64,000 bases of DNA from contig CAZCST010000014.1 in NCBI GenBank assembly GCA_964501365.1, positions 123,602-187,601 on the forward strand, written 5' to 3'. How positions within the stretch are numbered: position 1 is the first letter of the stretch; every line of letters begins with the position of its first letter. The translations under genes and the position numbers were made by a program. Positions 52,439 to 61,900 of the stretch are shown piece after piece. The notes under the pieces were generated by a model. That model did not search any database, was not told the DNA's origin, and was given only the letters and a program-made list of their open reading frames with translations. The DNA comes from an uncultured Phycisphaera sp. (GTDB lineage Bacteria > Planctomycetota > Phycisphaerae > UBA1845).

Positions 52439-55228
52439 CTATTGATTATCCATGGCCAACGAACAGTCCGTGATATCGACGTCACCGTCCTGATCCATAT
52501 CCACAGTGAAACAGGATGGATCCTGATAGTGAACATTCGGTCCCTTCATGCATTGTGCCGCCTTGGCCGCCCGAATTGCCGGACAGTTGTTTGCGGTCGT
52601 CACGATGTTCATATCGCAGGCGCCATGTCCATCGCACCAATCGGGGAAGTCGCAGACGTTGGACGATTGGTTCCCGCACGGAGTGCGATACGGCTTGGGC
52701 GGATGGAGGCGATGGCAATGACCGTCACAAACATCGTATGTGCACTCTTCGCCATCATCTGTGGCCAGCGTGCCCGCCGCAGCGCAGGTATCAGGCGGAC
52801 AGGTAGCCGAGAGGCCCGAACATGGTTCCGGCCTGTCGCACTCATCGACAGCCGGACGGCAAACCGTGCCGGCTTCCTTGAAGTTGGAATTGCAGTGTCC
52901 TTTACCATCGCACGAATCCGGCATATCGCACACTCCCTGGGGAGTCGCCAGGCCGCATGCAAGACCGTTTGGCTTGGGATGCTCAAATGGCAGTGCATCC
53001 TGGCAAATGAAATCCATGCAAAACTCATCGGTGGTCACGATCGTACCATCGGGCTTTGGAACCTTGACGCATTTGCACTGGTCGCTGCAGACGACGTCCT
53101 TGCAGGGTTTGCTTTGAGCCAGGCACGCGATGGGGGGTATGGGAGGAACATTGTTCGGTCTTCCCGGATCGCACTCCTCGCCGTCGTCAAGAATTCCGTC
53201 GCCGCAGGACTTGCAAAACGGACCACAGATCACGCCTTCCGGCGAGACGCTTCCTGGCGGGTCGCAGGTTTCTCCGGGTTCCACGACATCATTTCCACAG
53301 CACGGCGTGACATCGTCATAGGTACATTCCAACACCGGATCGCAGCCCGTGCTTCGTTTGCACAACAGCGTCGGACAGGTGATCGGGGTATGTACGCAGC
53401 ACGAATTTGTGCAGGAATCGGTGGTACAGAGGCTTTGATCATCACAATCCGCAGCGCTGGTGCAATCCGGCCTCGAACCGCACACACCGGAGTTTGCATC
53501 GCACGTGGCCGTGGTACATGGATTGGTGTCGGCAGGACAGCATGTGCCCAGCGGGCCGTTGCGACAATCGTCCACGTACTGGCAGCCGAGAGCGGGGTCA
53601 CAACCAGTCAATCGTTTGCATGGAATTTCCGGGCAAACGAACGGCGTATGAACACAACAAGAATTTGCGCAGGAATCCACGGTACACAAATTATTGTCGT
53701 TGCAGTCGGCAGCGGAGGTACAATCAAACGTCTTTCCGCAAACACCCGTACCGGCAGCGCAGAACTCATGCGTACAGGCGTTGCCATCGTCGGGACAACA
53801 AGTACCAAGCGGGCCGTTGCGGCAATCGCTGACATACTCGCAACCGGCCACTTCATCGCAATCCGTATTTCTCTGGCAGGTAAGAGCGGGGCAGGGGATG
53901 TCCTGGTGGACGCAGCATGAGTTCACGCACGCATCCGACGTGCAGGTATCATTGTCGTTGCAATCGGCTGCGGTCACGCAGTCCGGTGTCTTACCGCAAA
54001 CTCCTGTGCCTTGCGCACAGAACTCGTCGGTACAAATGTTTCCGTCATCGGGGCAGCAGGCACCCAGCGATCCCGTCCGACAATCCGGTACATAAATGCA
54101 GCCGGTAATCGGGTTGCAACCGGTGGCCCGGAAACAGGGGAGCACAGGGCAGGGAATATCGAGATGTTCGCAACACGAGCCATCGCAGATATCGGTGGTG
54201 CAAACGTTCTGGTCGTCGCAATCAGCGGCCGTCACGCATTCAGGGTCTTCATCGCAAAGCCCCGTCGCTTGATCGCAGAACTCCGCAGTACACGGGTTGC
54301 CATCGTCCGGACAGCAGGTCTGTCCGGGCGCCGCCGGTTCACGGCAATCAAAGGTGTACTGGCAACCTGTAATGGGGTTACATCCGGTGATCCGCTGGCA
54401 GGGTAGCGCAGGGCAGGGGATCGGCACATGGTCGCAGCATGTTGCTGCTTCGTCGTTACAGGAGTCCGCTGTACACACGTTGTTGTCATCACAGGAAATG
54501 GGAGTGTTTCCTGCGGCGCAGGACGTATCCAGGCAGACACTTGTGTTGGAGCATACTCCATTCACGCAACAATCGGTCGTGCAGGTGTCCCCATCATTGC
54601 AGCGGACCACGTCCGTGTTCGAGCCTGCCGGGGTCACCAGGGTTCCCACGGGGCAACTGCTGGAACCCGTCGGGTCCTGACATTCGTCCGCCCACCGAAA
54701 CTTCGCGACATCGGGCATGTTGTTCGGATCGGTAACTTTAATGACATATTGATTCTGCCGGAACTGCACGCGACCCGCAGGAGAAAGGCCGGGCATTCCG
54801 CCGGTGTTGCTGCCCGCCTGAGCCACTCGACAGGGCAGCACACAATTCGCTCCAGTCGCCGGATTGCATATTCCGCCGCTGTCGGTGCATAACGCGTTTC
54901 CTACGACGGCAATGATTGGAAGATTGCCCACTGCCGGAACGCGCACAAGCCCAAGTCCGGTACTGACTTCGTCCCAAGCCTCCGTCAGGGTGAGGACGTC
55001 GTCGAAATCGTCAAGATGGCGCCCGGTCATCGTGCAGTCCATCGTTTCGCCTTCGCAACGAGGATTGCAGACCTTGGTCGCCCCAAAGCCGTGCTCCAAC
55101 TGTGCCATGGCAATCGAACCATGACTGAGTACCAGTAGGAATCCAAGCAGCGTTACAATTTGGATTCTTCCCCGACAGGCCCCGCCCCTCGACCGGTCCT
55201 GCGTCCCAAAGCAATTCTTCAGATTCAT
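52439..55228 (-). CDS. Giant secreted Cys-rich modular protein, paralogue 1
   Basis: ATG at 55228 after GAGGAG. Signal peptide 'VTLLGFLLVLSHGSIAMAQ'. A ~200-aa head is shared with the upstream paralogue. About 4.5 copies of an 85-aa module 'DC.(T/S)AADC.D...CT.D.C...CC.H...PCP...C....GC.....C.Y...CR.G.LG.CCPDDGN.CT.EFC'. 'CGDGILDDGEECD' is a myxo-type Cys repeat. Dockerin-like end 'DMDQDGDVDITD'. Confidence 0.7.
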   Translation of the reverse strand: MNLKNCFGTQDRSRGGACRGRIQIVTLLGFLLVLSHGSIAMAQLEHGFGATKVCNPRCEGETMDCTMTGRHLDDFDDVLTLTEAWDEVSTGLGLVRVPAVGNLPIIAVVGNALCTDSGGICNPATGANCVLPCRVAQAGSNTGGMPGLSPAGRVQFRQNQYVIKVTDPNNMPDVAKFRWADECQDPTGSSSCPVGTLVTPAGSNTDVVRCNDGDTCTTDCCVNGVCSNTSVCLDTSCAAGNTPISCDDNNVCTADSCNDEAATCCDHVPIPCPALPCQRITGCNPITGCQYTFDCREPAAPGQTCCPDDGNPCTAEFCDQATGLCDEDPECVTAADCDDQNVCTTDICDGSCCEHLDIPCPVLPCFRATGCNPITGCIYVPDCRTGSLGACCPDDGNICTDEFCAQGTGVCGKTPDCVTAADCNDNDTCTSDACVNSCCVHQDIPCPALTCQRNTDCDEVAGCEYVSDCRNGPLGTCCPDDGNACTHEFCAAGTGVCGKTFDCTSAADCNDNNLCTVDSCANSCCVHTPFVCPEIPCKRLTGCDPALGCQYVDDCRNGPLGTCCPADTNPCTTATCDANSGVCGSRPDCTSAADCDDQSLCTTDSCTNSCCVHTPITCPTLLCKRSTGCDPVLECTYDDVTPCCGNDVVEPGETCDPPGSVSPEGVICGPFCKSCGDGILDDGEECDPGRPNNVPPIPPIACLAQSKPCKDVVCSDQCKCVKVPKPDGTIVTTDEFCMDFICQDALPFEHPKPNGLACGLATPQGVCDMPDSCDGKGHCNSNFKEAGTVCRPAVDECDRPEPCSGLSATCPPDTCAAAGTLATDDGEECTYDVCDGHCHRLHPPKPYRTPCGNQSSNVCDFPDWCDGHGACDMNIVTTANNCPAIRAAKAAQCMKGPNVHYQDPSCFTVDMDQDGDVDITDCSLAMDNQ

Positions 55229-55350
55229 CTTCAAATCTCCTCACGAAACCCCAGTTTAGTTAAGCGGCACCGGCATCCTTGCCGGATTTCCGCTGAAATA
55301 CTACCTAAATCGAACACTCCCAAGACGATGGGTAATTTCCTCAGTGCCTG

Positions 55351-55385
55351 GCAGCTGACGCCCTCTCTGGAACTCCGTCAGCTGC
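55351..55385 (-). terminator. Perfect 10-bp hairpin after the 986-aa Cys-rich gene
   Basis: GCAGCTGACG (55351-55360) pairs with CGTCAGCTGC (55376-55385). There is no T-run. Confidence 0.4.
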
Positions 55386-55398
55386 TCGGCCATCTTAT

Positions 55399-58359
55399 CT
55401 AGTACCTGCGATAACAGCCATTCGAACATGAATCGTACGAATTCGAATTTCCATCATCGCACTGTTCCCCGCTGTTGACAATGTGATCACCGCAATAGGT
55501 GCAATTGTCACGGCAAGTCTTTCCGTTCCATTGAATCGATCCGGGTGGATCACAGGTTTCGCCCGGCTCCTTGTGGCCATTGCCGCAGCACGAACTGGAG
55601 GATTGCTCCACGCAGCAGCCACTCTGGCAGTGAACCTGAACACACGGCTTGCTTACCGACCCGCAGTCGCTGTCTGTGTAACATTCCGGAGTATGCTTGC
55701 AACCGTAGTTAGAATCGCACCAATCCGTCGTGCACTCGTTTTGATCGTGGCAATTGATCGGTGGATACGTACATACCCCTGCCGTGCAGACGTTTTGCGT
55801 ACAGGCATTGTGGTCATCGCATTTGGCGCGATGCTTGCAAACGCATGTATCGCCACTGCTGTCATCGTCGTCGTCATCGTAACCCCCGCCGCCATTGGCT
55901 GTGGTGTGGCCTGATCCGGGGGCACAATAATCCTCGGTGCATGGGTTCCCGTCGTCGCAGTTGCCACAGCATTCACTCGTACAAACCAGCTTGTGAATGC
56001 AGACGCACGACGGCGGATTATTGTGGTCGCCATCGTCATCGTCATCACCCTTGGCAGCGTGGCCTTCGTCATCACAGGCTCCTGCCGGACACACGCACTG
56101 CTGTCCGCCGCCACTGTCATGATCATCATCGTCATCGTCGCCATCATCATCGTCATGGTGGCTCTGGCTGCTGCTGGTTTCGTTGCTGCTGCCGGCATGA
56201 GCCGAAAGACTTGCAGGCCTGCTATACTGCTTGCCCGAACCGTCGGTGTTGGACGAAGCGGCATGACCATCGTCGTCGTCATCGCCGTCATCATGATGAT
56301 TCGAGCAAACGCACGAGTCCTGCGTGCAAGGATTGCCATCATCACACGTGTTGGTTGAGGTGCATTCATTGGAGCAGGAATCGGTATTTACGTTGTTCCC
56401 GTCGTCGCACTGCTCTCCGCCATTGACGATTCCATCACCGCAATAGGTGCAACCCGCGCGGCACGTTCGTCCGTCAACCACCGATCCCGGTGGATCACAG
56501 GTTTCACCGCTTTCCAGCGTCCCATTGCCGCAACAGCTCTTGGGCTTCTGGGAACAGCAACCCTCCACGCAAACGGCGACCGTACATGGATCGCTGTCGC
56601 TCGCGCAGTCGGCAGCCGTATGGCATTGAGGAGTATGGACGCAACCGGTCTGCGGATTGCAGGAATCCGTTGTACAAGTGTTGTTGTCGTTGCAATCAAG
56701 AGGGGGGTGTTCACAACAGCCCTGCGCATTGCAGACATCTCTTGTGCACAGATTGGTGTCTTTGCAATCATGATCGACGCTGCAGTCCGGCGTCGAAGTG
56801 CACTGGCCGGTAGCCTGATCGCACGACGCGGCCGAGCACTGCCCGCCGTTATCGGGACAGCAGTTTGCGCCAGGCGCCCTGCAATCGAATTCATACTGGC
56901 ATCCCAAGACGGGATCGCAACCGGTTCCACGTTTGCAGGCGACCGGCGGGCACGTATTCGGCGTGTATTTGCAGCAGCCATCCGCCTGGTCGTCGCAGCT
57001 ATCGGCCGTACAAACGTCGTGGTCGTCGCAATAGCTCGGATTAAACGAGCAGATCGATTCGTAGATGCACCCATTCACCGGATCGCAGCCGGTAATGCGG
57101 AAGCAGGGGCGTTCCTCGCAGGGAATGTCGACATACTTGCAGCAGCCGTCGGCTGTTTCGTCGCAGACATCCCGGGTGCACACATTGCTGTCATTGCAGT
57201 ATCCTGGTTCCTGGCAAACAGTTCTGTATTGACAGCCAAGCACTGGGTCGCACCCATTGTGCGTATAGCAAGCCCTGTCAGGGCACGGGATCGGCGTGTT
57301 CTCGCAACAGCCTTCAGCGGTGCAATCATCTGCAGTGCATTCGTCGTGATCGTTGCAGTCCGTATCCGTACGGCAATCCGGAATCAAGCTGCATTGACCG
57401 GTTTTCTTGTTGCATACGGCTGTATCGCACTCGCCGCCCTTGCGACAGCAATTCTTTCCCGGCTCGCGGCAGTCAAATTCATACTGGCAGCCGGCAACCG
57501 GATCACATCCGGTGTTTCTCATGCATGGGACGTCCGGACAAGGAATTGGCGTGTTCGAACAGCACGTGGGCGCATTTTCGTCATTGCACGAATCCGACGT
57601 GCAAACATCGTGATCGTCGCACGAAAGCGGAGTGTTGCCAGCCCCGCACGACGTGTCCTGGCAAACGCTTGTCGAAGAACATACACCGGCCAGGCAGCAA
57701 TCGGTCGTGCAAGGATCGCCATCATTGCATCGGATAACATCTGTGTTTGAGCCCGCGGGGGTAACCAGCGTTCCAATGGGACAACTGGTTGAACCGACAA
57801 GGTCATTACATTCGTCAGTCCAGGCAAACATGACTGTGTCCGGCATGTCGCCAGGATCCGTTGGCTTAATGATGTATTGATTCTGCTTGAATTGCACTCG
57901 CCCGGCAGGCGTCAGCCCAGGCATGCCGCCGGCGTTACTTCCGGACCGGCCTAGCCTGCATGGAAGCGCACAATGGAGACCAGTTGCGGGCACACAGACG
58001 CCGCCGCTGTTGGTGCAGACCGCATTACCGACAACGGAGATGATCGGAAGATTTCCAACGGCCGGAATTCGGACTAGGCCAAGCCCAGTGCTGACTTCAT
58101 CCCACGCCTCGCTCAAGACCGTCACGTCGTCGAAGTCGTCGAGGTGACGTCCGGTCATCGTGCAATCCATCGCCTCGCCTTCGCAACGTGGATTGCAAAC
58201 TTTGGTAGCACCAAATCCATGCTCGAGTTGGGCCATGGCTGGACTACTGCTCGCAATTGCAGCAATGGTTGCCAGCACCATCATCTTTGTTTGTGCGCGG
58301 ATCCCACTTCGCATCGACCGAAAACATGTTTGCGATACAAGCAGTCTTTTCGCCCTCAT
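55399..58359 (-). CDS. Giant secreted Cys-rich modular protein, paralogue 2, with His-flanked poly-Asp tracts
   Basis: ATG at 58359 (the ORF-track start at 58374 is TTG). Signal peptide 'MMVLATIAAIASSSPAMAQ'. Same head as paralogue 1 ('LEHGFGATKVCNPRCEGE.MDCTMTGRHLDDFDDV'). CT.D.C modules. 'CGDGIVNGGEQCDDGNN' occurs twice. Acidic tracts include 'HHDDGDDDDDGH' and 'HHDDDDGDDDDDDHD'. Confidence 0.7.
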   Translation of the reverse strand: MRAKRLLVSQTCFRSMRSGIRAQTKMMVLATIAAIASSSPAMAQLEHGFGATKVCNPRCEGEAMDCTMTGRHLDDFDDVTVLSEAWDEVSTGLGLVRIPAVGNLPIISVVGNAVCTNSGGVCVPATGLHCALPCRLGRSGSNAGGMPGLTPAGRVQFKQNQYIIKPTDPGDMPDTVMFAWTDECNDLVGSTSCPIGTLVTPAGSNTDVIRCNDGDPCTTDCCLAGVCSSTSVCQDTSCGAGNTPLSCDDHDVCTSDSCNDENAPTCCSNTPIPCPDVPCMRNTGCDPVAGCQYEFDCREPGKNCCRKGGECDTAVCNKKTGQCSLIPDCRTDTDCNDHDECTADDCTAEGCCENTPIPCPDRACYTHNGCDPVLGCQYRTVCQEPGYCNDSNVCTRDVCDETADGCCKYVDIPCEERPCFRITGCDPVNGCIYESICSFNPSYCDDHDVCTADSCDDQADGCCKYTPNTCPPVACKRGTGCDPVLGCQYEFDCRAPGANCCPDNGGQCSAASCDQATGQCTSTPDCSVDHDCKDTNLCTRDVCNAQGCCEHPPLDCNDNNTCTTDSCNPQTGCVHTPQCHTAADCASDSDPCTVAVCVEGCCSQKPKSCCGNGTLESGETCDPPGSVVDGRTCRAGCTYCGDGIVNGGEQCDDGNNVNTDSCSNECTSTNTCDDGNPCTQDSCVCSNHHDDGDDDDDGHAASSNTDGSGKQYSRPASLSAHAGSSNETSSSQSHHDDDDGDDDDDDHDSGGGQQCVCPAGACDDEGHAAKGDDDDDGDHNNPPSCVCIHKLVCTSECCGNCDDGNPCTEDYCAPGSGHTTANGGGGYDDDDDDSSGDTCVCKHRAKCDDHNACTQNVCTAGVCTYPPINCHDQNECTTDWCDSNYGCKHTPECYTDSDCGSVSKPCVQVHCQSGCCVEQSSSSCCGNGHKEPGETCDPPGSIQWNGKTCRDNCTYCGDHIVNSGEQCDDGNSNSYDSCSNGCYRRY

Positions 58360-58972
58360 TTTCCTAACTCCCAAAATCGACCCAGCCCCCTCGAACCACC
58401 GAGGGTCCGAGATCTGATTTGTGTTGCATTATAGATTTGGCCCCTGACGCGGACCATGATTGATTTATCCTAAACTGCCTCCACAACCCTCCCAATTGAC
58501 TTGACTGGGCAAACTATCAACGAATCTCGACTTGGCGTCAAGCATGAATTTCTTTAAATGCATAGGTCCGATAATTATATGGTGTCGGTTTTGCCTAGCT
58601 TTTCTGACCGTAAATTGACTACGCCTGTTAAGAGTGATAATATCAGCGTTCTACGCGTCGTCGTTGTAGACGAACCAGCCTTCCGGGGTTAGCTAGTTTG
58701 TAGAACGCATACTGCGGATTGAGTAGGGGGGTCGAATTTTGAAGTTGTTTGGACTTCTACCTACCGAGACCATTCCATAGTAAGTCCGGGAATGGTCATC
58801 CTGCAATCGCAAAAGGCGTAAATCCTATTCGGAACCGATATGTATTTTGCTGGAATTGAAATTCTATTGGAGGGTTGAGTCGTGGCAGTTTCGGCTATGC
58901 CGGTGATCTGCGTAAAGCGTATCGATTAGTGGGATGGAGAGAGGGCCGTTCCGCCACATCGGGGAAAGAAGC

Positions 58973-61900
58973 ATGTACGGCAGAAACTCTGTAGCACATC
59001 GCAGTTGTCTATTATTTCTCGTTTGCGCTGGCACCTTCACAATTACCAGCACTGCCCGAGCTCAAGTCGGACCTTGTCAGTTCCAACCCGGCAACGTCGT
59101 GAGGCCAACAGATCTCGGTTCTCAAGATCAATATGCCACGAGCGTCGATGTTTATGGGAACTTCGCCTTCATCGGAGCTCCCCGTCAACCTACCGCCAGT
59201 GAAACAGGTGCAGTTTATGTTGCGACCCGGGGCTTAACCTGGTCTGTCACCCAAAAGCTGGTTGCTCCTGATGCCGCGCCAGGTAGAAGGTTTGGATCCT
59301 CCGTTGCGATGGATGGATCGTGGGCTGTTGTGGGCTCTGACGGCGCAGGCGCGGCCTACGCGTATCAGCTCGTCGGATCGACCTGGACATATCGCCAAAA
59401 ACTCGTTCCAAACCCTGTCACCGCAGGAGATTTGTTTGGGTCGTCGGTTGCCATTTCGGGCTCAACTCTGGTTGTCGGCGCACATGGCCATACCGGCTAT
59501 TCAGGTCGCGCTTTCGTATTCAAATACAACGGGACCTCCTGGGTGCAAACTCAGGTGCTCGCCGCTACGGACGGTGCTGCCTACGACTTTTTCGGTTTTT
59601 CCGTCGGACTGTCGAACAACTCTTTGGTTGTCGGAGCCTATGGAGATGACGAAACCGCCGGAACCAATTTCGGCTCCGTATACGCGTTTCGATTTGATGG
59701 AACTCAATGGGTATTTCAGCAGAAGCTTCACGCACCTGATGGTGCGAGCGGAGACAATTTTGGCGAATCAGTGTCCGTGAGCGGCAGCACGCTGGTGATC
59801 GGGGCGTCTCGAAATGATCAGGTCGGCAGCAACGCGGGAGCGGCCTATGTATTTGGCCTGAACGGCACACAATGGAACTTCGCCAGCAAGCTCACTGGTT
59901 CAGACTCCGCGCCGGGCGATTGGTTCGGCACATCGGTTGCGACGGATGGCGAGATTGTGGTTGTCGGAAGCCCACTCTGGGATAGTGGGGAAGTGACGAA
60001 TTGCGGCGCTGTGTACTCCTTTGCCTTCGATGGAACGCGCTGGGTTGAACAAACCAAGTTGCTGCCGCCTGCCCCCTGGGGTTCTTATGACGACAACCTT
60101 GGCAAGAGCGTGGCCATCAATTCGGGGGAAATTGTCGGCGGAGCAAACCTTGCCGACTGGCAGGGCCGCGATACGGGAGATGCCTACTTTTTTGACGTTC
60201 ACTGTGATGAGGCGGTGCCCGAGTGTACCGTGAATGGAAACTGCAACGACAACAACGCATGCACCACCGACACGTGCAATTCCGGACGATGCGTATTCAC
60301 GAATAACACACTTCCGTGCAATGACGGCGTGTTTTGCAACGGAGCGGATACCTGCAACGCGGGTTCGTGCAGCGTTCATGCCGGCAATCCTTGTGCCACT
60401 GGGGCAGTGTGCGCGAATACCTGCAACGAAGCTGCGGACAATTGTTTCACCGCGGCCAACGTCGCCTGTACGGCCGATACGAACACATGCACGAATGACG
60501 TGTGCGATGGAAGTGGGGCATGTACGCACCCGTTCAAGCCTGCGGGCTCGCCTTGTGGAAGTTCGGCCGCCGGACTCTGCGATAATCCCGATACCTGCAA
60601 CTCAACTGGAGTCTGCCTGGCGAATAACCTTCCCAACAACACAACATGCACCGACGACGGGAATGAATGCACGAGCGACGTGTGCAGTGCAGGTCAATGC
60701 ACCCACCCTGCCAAGACGGATGGAACCGCCTGTACTGCTGATACAAACAGCTGTACCAACGATGTGTGCACCTTCGGAGCGTGTGCACATCCCAACAAGT
60801 CGGCGGGCTCTGCCTGCGGAAGCTCCGCAGCCGGTCTGTGTGACAATCCCGACACCTGCAATGCAAGCGGAGTTTGCCTGACAAACAACCTTCCCAACGG
60901 CTCGGCCTGTGCCGATGACGGAAACGAATGTACAACTGACACATGCAATGCGGGAGTTTGTGCACATCCGACACGGCCCAACGGATCCACTTGTAACGAC
61001 GGGAGCGCCGCCACAAGTAACGATCAGTGTACGTCAGGATTATGCGCGGGTACGCCGCAATGCGTTACCAATGCCGATTGCAATGACAGCAACGTCTGTA
61101 CGACAGACACATGCGTAGGTGGCGCGTGCCAACGGGTCAATAATACTGTCGCTTGCGCAGACGATGGGAACGTATGTACAAACGATCTGTGCGGCGGCGG
61201 GGCGTGTACGCATCCGGCCAAAGCGAACGGCACTACCTGCGATGATGGCTTGTTTTGCAACGGCACCGATTCTTGTAGTGCCGGTGCGTGCACTGTTCAC
61301 GCCGGCAATCCCTGCGCGGGCGGCCCTGTCTGTGCCAACACGTGCAACGAATCGTCCGACAATTGTTTCACTGCAGCCAACACTGCGTGCACTGCCGATA
61401 CGAACGCCTGTACGAACGACGTGTGCAACGGTAGCGGAACTTGTACGCATCCGCTTAAGCCGGGCGGCTCTCCTTGCGGCAGTTCCGCGGCTGGTCTTTG
61501 CGATAATCCCGACACATGTAATGCCAGCGGCGTGTGCTTGCCCAACAATCTTCCCAACGGCTCGGCCTGCCTCGACGATGGCAACGAGTGCACGAATGAC
61601 GTTTGCAATGCGGGGCAGTGCATACATCCGGCCAAGGCAGCAAACACTCCCTGCAACGACGGAAATGTATGCACGGATGTAGATTATTGCTCCCACGGCG
61701 TCTGCGTCGGAGGAAGTCTGCTTGCGTGTGACGATGGCGATCCCTGCACGATTGACACATGCGGCCCCAAAGGCTGCCGCTCCGTGCCGATGGTGTGTCC
61801 GACCGGACAAGTCTGCGTAGACGGGATTTGTTCACCGGGAATTCTGAATCCCTGCGGCAACGGCGTATGCGATGCCAGTGAAGACGGGTGCAGTTGTCCG

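Noticed and set aside
52430-57750. Long plus-strand ORFs (52430..53920, 56620..57750, 55761..56426 and others) opposite the two Cys-rich giants
   Set aside because: Arg/Ala/Ile-rich nonsense translations. The minus-strand frames have signal peptides, RBSs, conserved paralogous heads and regular Cys spacing.
61040-61810. 256-aa minus-strand ORF inside the FG-GAP/Cys-rich gene
   Set aside because: Shadow ORF of repetitive coding DNA, with no independent signals.
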